A stretch of 64,000 nucleotides of DNA from Mizuhopecten yessoensis (Eukaryota), in assembly GCF_002113885.1 (NCBI RefSeq), contig NW_018404492.1, positions 6,164 through 70,163 on the forward strand, written 5' to 3'. The notes under the pieces were generated by a model. It was not told the DNA's origin, did no database searches, and saw only the letters and a list, made by a program, of their open reading frames with translations. Every line of letters starts with the position of its first letter. Positions within the stretch are counted from its first letter, which is position 1. Positions 12,651 to 26,753 of the stretch are shown here, in pieces. Position numbers and translations under genes: made by a program.

Positions 12651-15049
12651 ATGAGTACAGGAGGTCGACCAGTGTGCTGACCCAAAACGTTAACAACACG
12701 AGACCACGTGGTCCGTAAGTGGTGAAAACCACACTAAAATGACGATCGTCACTTTCTTTACAAAGTCGCTAATCCAAGTGGTGTAATTCTTGTTAAATTC
12801 CTGGAATAAAAAGGAAATTTGAGAGCACAAACAATAGTTGCTGTTGCTGAATCAAGAACAATCTTGTCTCTGAATCACGTGATCTCATTTGGACCCTAAG
12901 TAGGTTAAGTTCATAGAATTAGCGCATTTGTCGAACGTTTCTCTAGTACATGTATGATGGGAACTTTTGATAGCTGATAGTTATCTGGACTAACGTTTAC
13001 GATGTAGTCCGGTCGGGATTTTATATCAAAAACATTCAAAACCTACCATTATGTGATCCTAATGAAGGACATAAACGAATTGATAAGCAATGTTTTATAT
13101 GCTTTCTCAGAATTGATCATGTATGCTGGTACCACACTCTCTAATAAACAGCAAATCAAAGAGAATTTTTTCGGCTAATTAACATAAAAGATGGAAAATG
13201 TACCGTTGGAGTTTACAAAATTTATAAATATACACATTAATATAAGGATCCTATAAACAATGTATAAACAAGGATCCTATATGCTTAAACGCCTGTTGTT
13301 TGCAACATACGTGGGTCTGTAAGGACTGTTTGCGATATAAACGATAGTATACATCTGAAAGGAAATCGTTTTCAGAATATACTTCCTATATACTCGATAT
13401 CTGATGCTAATAAAGATTCCAAGTATTGTTTTGACGACATTATGATGTTGAATAACATCCAGTGTTTAGATTTTAATATCAACTTATTCAACTTTTATTA
13501 AATGTAAACTTGCACTGTGTCTAGTTTTTTCTTCTTCTGCGTTGTTGTATTCTTTATCGAGGCTGTTTGGTGTCACTCGACATATAATGAACGAGTCTTG
13601 TTCTGGCCGTCTGTATCAGCGAACATATCCCACTGATTTGTTATTGCTTCCTCGTCGGTACAATCGCCGGCCAATCTCCTGTTCAATCACACGCCTAACG
13701 GAGCAGTCGTTTAGTCTACGCTGAGTTAGTAGTGTCTTTATCATTGTTCGAATTCTTCAGGGAACAGTGATATGATTGATTAGTTGGATACTCTTTAATT
13801 AATCTTGCGTCCCTGGTCCACCGGGGATATTCTTAGGATACTGGGCTCTCCCGAACATATCACAATGGGACAAAAATCAACGCACGAAATCGTAACAAAA
13901 CATGCACATATGTAAGCCACGTGAACCTCTCTAGTGGCGCCTCCACCATTATCTATTGCATCAGTAGTATATTGATGTTGTTGTGCCACAAACAAGCACA
14001 CATTCGACAGAGTGGCAATCACTCATACTCAATATGCTGCACAAACATTGCAGGACAAAGTTAACATAACATATTGGCTGGGATATGTCCCATAGGACTA
14101 ATTTTGAAGATGTGCATGCATATATGGGGAAAGTGTTTGCTCATTGAAGCATGCAGGTTAAATAGAAAAGCACATGCATGTGAGTGACATTAACCATTTA
14201 TCGTTTCACCGATGTAGGTAATTACGTGTACTGTATACACAGCCACAGGAGACTGTAATTACTCCCCACCCAATCACACCATCTGTCGGCAACGTGTGCA
14301 GAGAGTACCGTGTGAGGAGTACAGGGTTTGCTTTATAAAGGTACGAACAGAACTCTTTCTCACATTTTCCCCTCATTGTTTGAAGGTCAGGTATTCCACT
14401 TGCGCGGTAATTTGCTACAGGAAACCCTTTTTTTATACCGTATACTATTGATTTAACGTAATGTCTACCCACTGTAAAAATAGATGTCTGTCTCATATAT
14501 CTGTTTCTGCAACGAATGGTCCCTGTTGAACAGTTTCCATGTCAAGCATTGAACGGTACAGATGTCGGTTACTCAGAAACGGTAATGAATATGTTAGTTA
14601 ACACATTCTATCATTTACAATCCTAAACTACGGAACATTGCAACTTGACTATTACAGCCATTTGACTTGTTGCTTTTCTATGAACGGTATCCATCTACAA
14701 TGTGGTAACATAATAAACAAATGGAGAGTAATTAGCTTTTCAACACAAAGTCGATTACAATCGAACCAAATAGCCTTTTTGTAGTACTCCAAAATAAACT
14801 ATTAACTAATTGAACTGAACTCACAACATTTTGACTTGTTCGGACTTTAGTGACGTGACCTCAAACGTTTAATAAGAGTCATTTACAAATGTATAGCATG
14901 TTACCCCATCGGGATATAACCATAAACGGATAGGCATATAACCAGGAGGCTTACATATGAGAAGTGTTAACGTCGTAAAACACATGAGGCATTTAAAGTC
15001 AGTCAAAGTAAATAATAGATACAGTATTGAATAAAGTTCAAGAGGTTTC

Positions 15050-18000
15050 TTGTAGTGTTGAATACGTATGTTGGGTGTGTTGGATGCTAAATATGTATGT
15101 TGGAAAGTGTTATGTGTTAAATATGTATGGTAGGTGTGCTGTATATATGTACGTATGCAGGTTTCAGTTGTTGTTGTATATGTATGGTATGATTTGTTGG
15201 TATGCTGTATACGTATGTTGAGATGTGTTGTGCGTTGTATATGTATGGAAGGGTGTGTTGGTATGCTGTATACGTATGCTGAGATGTGTTGTGCGTTGTA
15301 TATGTATGGTAGAGTGTATCGGTATGCTGTATCCGTATGTTGAGATGTGTTGGGCGTTGTATATGTATGGTAGGGTTTGCTGGTATGCTTTATACGTATG
15401 TTGAGATGTGCTGGGCGTTGTATATGTATGGTAGAGTTTGTTGGTATGCTATATACGTATGTTGAGATGTGTTGTGCGTTGTATATGTATGGAAGGGTGT
15501 GTTTGTATGCTGTATACGTATGCTGAGATGTGTTCTGCGTTGTATATGTATGGTAGAGTGTATCTGTATGCTGTATACCTATGTTGAGATGTGTTGTGCG
15601 TTGTATATATATGGTAGAGTGTATCGGTATGCTGTATATATATGTTGAGATGTGTTGTTCGTTGTATATGTATGGTAGAGTGTATCGGTATGCTGTATAC
15701 GTATGTTGTGATGTGTTGTGCGTTGTATATGTATGGTAGAGATTGTTGGTATGCTTTATACGTATGTTGTGATGTGTTGGGCGTTGTATATGTATGGTAG
15801 AGTGTATCGGTATGCTGTATATATATGTTGAGATGTGTTGTTCGTTGTATATGTATGGTAGAGTGTATCGGTATGCTGTATACGTATGTTGTGATGTGTT
15901 GTGCGTTGTATATGTATGGTAGAGATTGTTGGTATGCTTTATACGTATGTTGTGATGTGTTGGGCGTTGTATATGTATGGTAGGGATTGTTGGTATGCTG
16001 TATACGTATGTTGAGTTGTGTTGTGCGTTGTATATGTATGGAAGGGTGTGTCGGTATGCTGTATACGTATGCTGAGATGTGTTGTGCGTTGTATATGTAT
16101 GGTGGAGTGTATCGGTATGCTGTATACGTATGTTGAGATGTGTTGGGCGTTGTATATGCATGGTAGGATTTGTTGGTATGCTGTATACGTATGTTGAGAT
16201 GTGTTGTGCGTTGTATATGTATGGTAGAGTTTGTTGGTATGCTTTATACGTATGTTGTGATGTGTTGGGCGTTGTATATGTATGGTAGAGTTTGCTGGTA
16301 TGCTGTATATGTATGTTGAGATGTGCTGGGCGTTGTATATGTATGGTAGAGTTTGCTGGCATGCTGTATATGTATGTTGAGATGTGTAGGGCGTTGTATA
16401 TGCATGGTAGGATTTGTTGGTATGCTGTAGATGTATGTTGGGATGTGTTGGGCGTTGTATATGTATGGTAGTGTTTGTTGGTATGCTGTATACGTATGTT
16501 GAGATGTGTTGGGCGTTGTATATGCATGGTAGGATTTGTTGGTATGCTGTATATGTATGTTGGGATGTGTTGGGCGTTGTATATGTATGGTAGGGTTTGT
16601 TGGTATGCTGTATACGTATGTTGAGATGTATTTGGCGTTGTATATGCATGGTAGGATTTGTTGGTATGCTGTATACGTATGCTGAGATATGTTGGGCGTT
16701 GTATATGTATGGTAGAGTGTAGCGGTATGCTGTATACATATGTTGAGATGTGTTGTGCGTTGTATATGTATGGTAGAGTGTATCGGTATGCTGTATACGT
16801 ATGTTGAGATGTGTTGGGCGTTGTATATGTATGGTAGAGTGTATCGGTATGCTGTATACATATGTTGAGATGTGTTGTGCGTTGTATATGTATGGTAGAG
16901 TGTATCGGTATGCTGTATACGTATGTTGGGATGTGTTAGGCGTTGTATATGTATGGTAGAGTGTATCGGTATGCTGTATACGTATGTTGGGATGTGTTAG
17001 GCGTTGTATATGTATGGTAGAGTGTATCGGTATGCTGTATACGTATGTTGGGATGTGTTAGGCGTTGTATATGTATGGTAGAGTGTATCGGTATGCTGTA
17101 TACGTATGTTGGGATGTGTTAGGCGTTGTATATGTATGGTAGAGTGTATCGGTATGCTGTATACGTATGTTGGGATGTGTTAGGCGTTGTATATGTATGG
17201 TAGAGTGTATCGGTATGCTGTATACGTATGTTGGGATGTGTTAGGCGTTGTATATGTATGGTAGAGTGTATCGGTATGCTGTATACGTATGTTGGGATGT
17301 GTTAGGCGTTGTATATGTATGGTAGAGTGTATCGGTATGCTGTATACGTATGTTGGGATGTGTTGTGCGTGGTATATGTACGGTAGAGTGTATCGGTATG
17401 CTGTATACGTATGTTGGGATGTGTTAGGCGTTGTATATGTATGGTAGAGTGTATCGGTATGCTGTATACGTATGTTGGGATGTGTTAGGCGTTGTATATG
17501 TATGGTAGAGTGTATCGGTATGCTGTATACGTATGTTGGGATGTGTTAGGCGTTGTATATGTATGGTAGAGTGTATCGGTATGCTGTATACGTATGTTGG
17601 GATGTGTTAGGCGTTGTATATGTATGGTAGAGTGTATCGGTATGCTGTATACGTATGTTGGGATGTGTTAGGCGTTGTATATGTATGGTAGAGTGTATCG
17701 GTATGCTGTATACGTATGTTGGGATGTGTTAGGCGTTGTATATGTATGGTAGAGTGTATCGGTATGCTGTATACGTATGTTGGGATGTGTTAGGCGTTGT
17801 ATATGTATGGTAGAGTGTATCGGTATGCTGTATACGTATGTTGGGATGTGTTAGGCGTTGTATATGTATGGTAGAGTGTATCGGTATGCTGTATACGTAT
17901 GTTGGGATGTGTTAGGCGTTGTATATGTATGGTAGAGTGTATCGGTATGCTGTATACGTATGTTGGGATGTGTTAGGCGTTGTATATGTATGGTAGAGTG

Positions 18001-19075
18001 TATCGGTATGCTGTATACGTATGTTGGGATGTGTTAGGCGTTGTATATGTATGGTAGAGTGTATCGGTATGCTGTATACGTATGTTGGGATGTGTTAGGC
18101 GTTGTATATGTATGGTAGAGTGTATCGGTATGCTGTATACGTATGTTGGGATGTGTTAGGCGTTGTATATGTATGGTAGAGTGTATCGGTATGCTGTATA
18201 CGTATGTTGGGATGTGTTAGGCGTTGTATATGTATGGTAGAGTGTATCGGTATGCTGTATACGTATGTTGGGATGTGTTAGGCGTTGTATATGTATGGTA
18301 GAGTGTATCGGTATGCTGTATACGTATGTTGGGATGTGTTAGGCGTTGTATATGTATGGTAGAGTGTATCGGTATGCTGTATACGTATGTTGGGATGTGT
18401 TAGGCGTTGTATATGTATGGTAGAGTGTATCGGTATGCTGTATACGTATGTTGGGATGTGTTAGGCGTTGTATATGTATGGTAGAGTGTATCGGTATGCT
18501 GTATACGTATGTTGGGATGTGTTAGGCGTTGTATATGTATGGTAGAGTGTATCGGTATGCTGTATACGTATGTTGGGATGTGTTAGGCGTTGTATATGTA
18601 TGGTAGAGTGTATCGGTATGCTGTATACGTATGTTGGGATGTGTTAGGCGTTGTATATGTATGGTAGAGTGTAGCGGTATGCTGTATACGTATGTTGGGA
18701 TGTGTTAGGCGTTGTATATGTATGGTAGAGTGTATCGGTATGCTGTATACGTATGTTGAGATGTGTTGTGCGTGGTATATGTACGGTAGAGTGTAGCGGT
18801 ATGCTGTATACGTATGTTGAGATGTGTTGTGCGTTGTATATGTATGGTAGAGTGTATCGGTATGCTGTATACGTATGTTGGGATGTGTTAGGCGTTGTAT
18901 ATGTATGGTAGAGTGTAGCGGTATGCTGTATACATATGTTGAGATATGTTGGGCGTTGTATATGTATGGTAGAGTGTATAGGTATTCTGTATACGTATGT
19001 TGAGATGTGGTGTGAGTTATAAATGTATAGTCGAGTTTCGTGGAGTAGACGTATGTTGAGATGTGTTGAGATGTG
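15050..19075. repeat. 61-bp GT-rich minisatellite
   Basis: Unit gttgtatatgtatggtagagtgtatcggtatgctgtatacgtatgttgggatgtgttaggc. Degenerate edges, near-identical core at about 16900-18750. Confidence 0.97.
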
Positions 19076-22000
19076 TTTGGTTTTGAATATTTATGAAAGG
19101 GTTAGTTGGATATGATTGGGCTGATCATTTTGTTCTCTAGAATCAATTTACTGACGTAATGGCGAGTTTATTGTGTTCTGTTTTATTGAGAAATGGGAGT
19201 CGTATTGATTACGTTCTATTATGCTATTACATTATTTCCATTGTATAATTGGCGTATATCAATGCAACTGAAACCCAGCTATAAAGTATATGGACATTGG
19301 TTATATGTTTTCTAGGAATACAATTTACATAGGCAATCATGCACGCTTTACCCACGACTAGGGAGCACTATATACGTGTACAATTCATTTTGTTGAAAAG
19401 ATATCGTCCTACCGCAGTGTTCGGGGCGACTCTGGGTTGATTAGTCGGCCATAGCTGGTATTCATGTGCCAGGGATGTACTGTTTTAACCTATTCGAACC
19501 ATTTAGGGTTTGATGTTGCCGTTGATACTTTTGATTACAGACAGAACTCCATGTGTAACGAAGACTTTGTATCAAGGGCGTACATGTTAAACAAGTCTTT
19601 TTGGCGTCTCCAGCAGAGCTCCTAGTGTCAAAGGCGTAACCTGTTCCATACTGTACTAGATTTGTTGTTGATGTAGAAGTTTTTGTCAGCAGCAGTGCTC
19701 CCTGTGTCAATGGCATACACATTATACAAAATGTTTAGAGTTTAATGCTGCACGTGTTGTTTTAGTCACCGTCAGAGCTCACAGTGTCAATCATATACCT
19801 TAATTGCCATGGTAAGCAGTTGGAATTTTAGGTCATAGCAGAATACGATATACCTTATTTATACCATTGAAGTTTGGAACTGCCGTGAGAATCTTTGTCG
19901 CTAAATCATCTCCCATTGTCAGGGGAGTTCCTTTCCCCAATCCCTGTCGTGGATATATCGCAGACACAAAGAGCAATCAGAAGACAAAAAAATGCTCCCA
20001 CAATGAGCGATGGAGTCGCAGGGTAAATTGAAAACAATCGAAACTGTGTGCTTCCGTGGCGTGCGTGTATAGCCCACCATTGGTGCAATGTACACCTGTC
20101 CTCGGTGCTGTGCTTTCTGGCACTGTTTTAATGAAAATTCTATTGATTCGCCAGCCATGTTTAATCATGCGAGCGCTGACACTACTCCCCAAGCGTGACA
20201 AGTCATAGAAGACACTGGTCTCTGTACCAAGCCTACGGTGAATCTACCATAGCTAGCCTTTGGATATTGTTAGAATATGTGTGTTTTACGGTTTTAAAAT
20301 GCTGTTATGTTCCCATGGTTACGCGGATATTGAAACATATCGCACAACACATGTTCTTTCTTGGAAATTCCCTAAAGCATGTCTCCTAATGTGAAGGAAG
20401 TAGGTAATGGATGGTTGGTGATTTTCGCTGAAACGTTCGATGGACAACCGCCGTAATTGTGTATTTAACCGTGCTGTGTAGAGCTGGCACCTCGGTGGTT
20501 GTGTTACATGTGGACCTGATTCGGTGACCAGGACGACAGGATGGACCTGTCCAGGATTATGGATATCCTCCCCTCCTTTGAGGTTGTATACTTAATCTTC
20601 TGATCCCCATGTATTTATTTATGGTTCATCTGGGGCTATTCTGCTGTATTTAAACGAGATATTTAGTTTATCCTATTATGTAGGTTGCTTGTACAATATT
20701 TTATATATTTATGTAAAAATGATCATTTTTAATATTTTCAAACATATTTGTTTGTAGTAACTTAATTTTAACTTGATGTATTGTAAAAAAAGGTAAAATG
20801 CTAATTCAATTTTCAAATCGTTCGTTATATTTTTGTAAACAAGGATTTGCATAGGAAATTGGTAGTGAGCTTCTCTTTAGCGTGATTTAATCTAGTACAA
20901 TGCATATTTCTCATGAATCAATACATTGCTGGTGTCGTATTACATTTAAAGTGTTAGGTATACATCTAGCCTCTATAACCTAGATACTGCTGCCATTCCT
21001 GTGTATCTTACTTAACAACAAAAGCCTATTGACATTTAGTATTGATTAAGTCGTAAAGACTGACACTGGCACCTCTATTCGCCATCAAGCACATGTTTGA
21101 ATACGTAGTTACCTCCCTTACATCCTTGTTCGATCGTTTACGGCTACGCAAGCAGAAAACCGATATAATTTAATATCAAATTTGCTTTAAACGGCTATGT
21201 AAATAAATATCATCAGACGGCATCGATTCTTCCCCATACATAACCTCGTAGAGATGAGTTATTTGTGTTCTGCCGCTATATTAAGGCCTGGCGACCCAGT
21301 GGAGAACACAGACCTGCACCATTATCCCGTAATGTGATGTGCTATGAATATTTTAAGGATTCACTTACACAAACTATTTGTCGCCGTACAAGCGTTTGAT
21401 AAAATCGGCTATAGCAAGGCGACCGTTATTGCTATGCCCTCGCAAACACTGGCTTTACCGTGGAAATCATGTTTATTCTGCGATAACACAAGTCTGGTAC
21501 TACAATGTATGTGTTGTAATATTCTGGTATATGAGGAGACCATTGATAGTCATAACGGTTTCTAGTATAACATACAAATAAAAATCTTGGAATATTTCCC
21601 AGCTGAGCAGGTCACTAAATGTTAAGGTGGTATTGCCGGATAAATTGTTACATATACAGACCTATATTTGATACCGACAAGCTGTACAGCTTCACTTAAT
21701 CAAAACAATTGAAACGTGTAAATGAGGTTTACATGAAATATAATCCCAAGTGATACATTGGCAAAGGATTTCATTACAAGAAATACATTAAGATTACACA
21801 TGAGATATCATAACATCATTATAAACACATCATTATAACTGATCCATTGGGGTTTACATGATATGTCACTATTTATTATATAATACAGGCTATTTCCGTG
21901 CAATATTGCCGTTCAATAAAAACGTTATAGCACACGTACAATAAACATGCAAATGAGTCTTGTCACCGTGAGAAACAGGTCATATTCCTACGCACTACAA

Positions 22001-22635
22001 CTTCTACGTTTGTAAACAAAATGTCTGACCGAGTTACTGTTTGCAATGATAGCAGAGGCAGGGGCACTGGGAGGATAAAATTAACAAAAGAATTTAATAA
22101 ATTCAATATTATATAAACACGAGTGTCAGCTTCACACAAATTTAACACCTGCATGTTCAACTTCCACTTGGACTTCTCCGAAATACACACAATCAATGGC
22201 GAACACGTGTAACCGGTCAACTTCATCAGTGTTCCAGTTTCATGGCGGATTCCACAGTATATTTTCTGGCTCAGTGACAGGCGGAAACATCGAGGTTCAC
22301 ATTCAAAAACAACCCTCTCCAAAAACAATGCGCTTGTGTTACAGAGAGTGACAATCACTGCAGTCCCTGTATGTATATTGTGATGACCTTAAACTTGACA
22401 GTGCACGCGCCGTTGTGCCAAATATATGACGTCACTGCTTTTTCGTAAACACCAATTCGTTGAATGGTTGTCGTATAAAAAAATATTATTAATGTTGTTA
22501 TGATAGTTATTAAAACATTGGTTGATGAAGAAAACTTAAATGATTATAAGTTTCTGAACCTATTTTTGTTTGTGGCGCAGCGAGCTCTAAACAAAATGCA
22601 TGTAATGTGTCCTTTCGTCAGCCATCGGTACAATT

Positions 22636-22792
22636 TATATAGAGGAGACGAATTATATAATAAATAGAATCTAACACTCGTGTTCATGTAAAATTGAATT
22701 TATCAAACTCGTTTATTGATTTCATATGAAAATAATAAACTCGTTCAATAAATTCAATATTACATGAACACTCGAGTCAGATCCTCTATATA
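22636..22792. mobile_element. Long imperfect hairpin, probable non-autonomous TE terminus (Crypton-like, tentative)
   Basis: Outer arms tatatagagga / tcctctatata. Inner arms gtgttcatgtaaaattgaatttat / ataaattcaatattacatgaacac. A third arm copy lies at 22096-22129. Confidence 0.55.
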
Positions 22793-25573
22793 TGATACAT
22801 GCACATTGAGGATGAAATGGAGATAGCCATTAATTAATGTTAGTTGATCATATTATGGCAATGGCAAGTTCACGTTCTGATGGTATTTAGTGTGTATCCA
22901 AATCATACATGGAGAGGCATCAACAAAGCAAAATGAACATCTTGACAAACAGTGTTTTAATGCTAGCTTAATTTGCACGTAGTGTTACCCTAGAAGTCTA
23001 TTAATTTATATTGTTCCAGTGTCTCTGAGTATATACTGGTCTTGTAAGCAATAGTCGGCGAGGAGTCCGGAAATAAATACAACGAATACGAAAAGTTTTT
23101 GTCATATGTAGGACTCTCCCCTTGGGAAATCTACGTCTCTGTAAAGACCACATCCATCATTTATTCGTCCTGGCTTAGCTGTCTCTCAAGTGTGTCAAAG
23201 GGAAAGAGAAAATAGCGTGTGTCAGTGTGTCAATACGATACCGGCGTAGACGTCATCTTGTACCATCGCTCGTTCGAAAATAAGATTAGTTATAATAGGA
23301 CAATCTTATATTAGTATTCAGCAGGGGCGACCATCGAAGACGTGTGCTGACTCTGGATAGGGCTGGAATAATAGCTCTCGATATCAGTTTACTAGGCATT
23401 ACCTTGGAGAGACATCCAAACTACAATCTCTACAATGAGATTCGTTCTGCTTTTTTTGATGACTCTAATTTAATATTTCAATAATCTGCAAGATTCTTAC
23501 CGGGAGAATGAATTTTATATTGTTGTGACATTCTTGATTGTAGTCTGTCACCGTTTCGAAATATTTACTTCTTGTCGGCAAACATTACTTCCATATATAT
23601 ATATATTTCACTGGTTGTGCTATATTAACCTCAGCGTTGTTTCCAAAGGATCCTGGAACCACAAGCTCAAACACAAGTCCAGTTCAACTTTCACATCCCT
23701 GTTTGAGACCTATCTTATATTGATCAGGTACTTAGATGTTTCCCATGACTCTCTTCCCTGGTTTGATAACTTTGTTCCCTTAATGTCCCGCTCTCTCACT
23801 AGTTTTAATCTTTTTTTCTCTTTAAGGTGTCTGCTGTGACCTATAAGACGTTGTCATTCCTCTATTTGTTCCTTCAATGAACCCTATCAGAAAGCTTATT
23901 TGTACCTAGACAAGACGTTTGACAATATTCCCCTTCCTCGTCATAGTTTGCTGCATAGATCTTCCATCAGTCGTCACTGATGCAGAATAACGGGTAATTC
24001 CTGGAAAAGCTCCATCCTCTACAATGAAACCCATGTCATTTTCCTCTCAGGAAGGTTTCGTCCGGTTCATGAAACCTGGTTGTCAATTTGTCACTTCCAT
24101 CTCTTCCTCTTCTTATCTTTCTGTACTACTTGTCATATTTGTCACCTACTGCTTTAAATTTAGGAAACCAACATCTTGTCTTCCGATTCAGTTGTTCCTG
24201 ATGATATGGAACAAACACATTTATATTCTTTACTTCCCACACCACAGTGGTTGTAGTCAACGTTTTCCGTGTTCTTGTTTTTGTTGACTCGCAGTTATTC
24301 GTGCATTTGAAGTCCTCCAGTGCCATCTGCATGCTACATTTTACGACTATCAACGCCTTATTATAGTTCGATCTTACTGCTCTAAAAGACAGCCTTTCCA
24401 AAGATGTAACTCATGTATAAAACAAAGAAAATTGGTCAAAATGCATTATTCAACTAAATAACGTAGTTAAACATGAGTAGTCATGATTAACGTATTTGAT
24501 GTACTATGTAGTTTTACATCCTTTCTCGATAAACAATCGTATTTCAATTTCCTTGTAAAGTCTGATCGTGGCAAGGATTGTTATTCCATAGAGGGTTTTC
24601 TAACGTCTGAAATTACAAGTTGTAAATACATCTTAGGAATGAACGAATCGATTAATCTCAAAACTGGAAAACTTGGAGTGATATTGTATTACATTGTTTT
24701 ATGGATTGGAGTCCATGTACTTTACCAACACACATATCCGACACCTAGAAATCGATACTCCTATCCTCCGGTTTATACCTCAGAAATGGGGTTAGTATTG
24801 CTACGTCCATAAAGAAGACGATTGGTTTGTCATCAGCGTTGCTGTTTTACTGACAGGTCCAAAAATCAATGGTATGGTGTGAGGTTAGCCCGTGCACGCG
24901 CTCCGTCATAGAGCACTTCACATATAGGGTGACGATTCGTTCAACAAATCCAATTGAAAAACGCTTCCACAAATGGTTCGTCATTTCGACATTAAATATT
25001 AATAGTTCAAACTGTCATTGTATCTATAGATAGAAAAAAGGTGGTGAAACCATGATGAACAGCGGTAATGGCGGGTATACACACTATAAAACGGCATGTT
25101 AGACTAGAAGGCCCAGTTAGACCCATGTGTCCTGTACAATATGTGTTCGTGTTGGTTAGGGATCATGTATATTACAAGGGGTGGGAACTAAAAAGAACGC
25201 TGGAATTAAGTGTACATTTGTGATAAGTGAAGGTTCTGTGGAATTATATTACATAAACCGTAGAAATGGAGACATATAACCGAGTGGGACCCCAATCACC
25301 CAAATATGGAGCAAAGGTCTTCACCATGGGCTTGGAGTATGGTATGGTATTAAACAATCTCGGTTTTTTTTATACTGAAAAACATCAACAGTGTTGTGTT
25401 TACAGTCCCTAACAAGACTGGCTACAACACACACGTTCTAAACTCATTTAGAGTTAGAGGTTCCTTCAGCTTCTACTGTAAAGCTAGTAAATGACTTTTT
25501 TTACAAATTATGTGAGGTTTCAAAATATTTGTCTATCAAAAAAAAACAATCAACTTACAACCAAGAAATGTTC

Positions 25574-26753
25574 GTGTCATACCGGATTCCTCATGTCATA
25601 CCGGAAGCTTTTGTTGACTCGGTGCTTTATTTTTGTTCAATTCCTGGTGTCATACTGAATTCTGGTATTGATTCGGTGCTATGTTTCTGTATAAAGCCTC
25701 GTGTCATACTGGAATCTGGTGTTGACTCGGTGCTTTCTTTTTGTTCAATTCCTGGTGTCATACTGAATTCTGGTATTGATTCGGTGCTATGTTTCTGTAT
25801 AAATCCTCATGCCATACCGGATTCTGGTATTGATTCGGTGCTATGTTTCTGTATAAATCCTCGTGTCATACTGGAATCTGGTGTTGACTCGGTGCTTTCT
25901 TTTTGTTCAATTCCTGGTGTCATACCGGATTCTGGTATTGATTCAGTGCTATATTTTAGTACAAATCCTCGTATCATATCGGAGTCTAGTGTTGATTCGG
26001 GGCTCTATTTATGTACAAATTCTGGTATCATACCGGATTCTGGTATTTATTCGGTGTTTTATTTTTGTACAAATCCTGGTGTCATACCGGATTATGTTAT
26101 TGATTCGGTGCTATATTTATGTACAAATCCCGGTGTCATACCGGATTCCTCATGTCATACCGGATTCTGGTATTGATTCGGTGCTATTTCTTTTTCAATT
26201 CCTGGTGTCATACTGGATTCTGGTATTGATTCGTTGCTATGTTTCTGTATAAATCCTTGTGTCATACCGGAGTCTAGTGTTAATTCGGGGCTTTATTTAT
26301 GTACAAATCCTGGTGTCATACCGGATTCTAGTTTTGATTCGGTGCTTTATTTTTGTACAAATCCCCGTGTCATACCGGATTCTGGTATTGATTCGGTGCT
26401 ATGTTTCGGTATAAATCCTCGTGTGATACCGGAGTCTAGTGTTAATTCGGGGCTTTATTTTTGTACAAATTCTGGTGTCATACCGGATTCTGGTATTGAT
26501 TCGGTGCTTTATTTTTGTACAAATCCCAAATTCATACCGTATTCTGGTATTGATTCGATGCTATGTTTCTGTATAAATCATCGTGTGATACCGGAGTCTA
26601 GTGTTAATTCGGGGCTTTATTTATGTACAATTCATGGAGTCATACCGGATTCTGGTATTGATTCGGTGCTTTATTTTTGTATAAATCCTCGTGTCATACC
26701 GGATTCTGGTGTTGATTCGGTGCTATATTTTTGTGCAAATTCTCGTGTCATAC
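25574..26753. repeat. 54-bp minisatellite
   Basis: Unit gtgtcataccggattctggtattgattcggtgctatgtttctgtataaatcctc, about 21 diverged copies. Confidence 0.95.

Larger units (their letters stand above)
7421..12920 (-). mobile_element. Full-length decayed DIRS1-type tyrosine-recombinase retrotransposon
   Basis: Minus-strand order gag-like, RT (YIDD at about 10830-10841), RNase H, methyltransferase-like domain, tyrosine recombinase. Inverted termini plus an internal complementary region at 7589-7706. Confidence 0.95.

Noticed and set aside
14869-16861. 552-aa His/Thr/Tyr-rich ORF and overlapping ORFs
   Set aside because: The 61-bp unit cycles through all three frames, and the C/A-rich strand is simply poor in stop codons.
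19462-20201. Short minus-strand ORFs and a GC-richer patch that might be exons
   Set aside because: No consistent acceptor/donor/phase combination or recognisable peptide.
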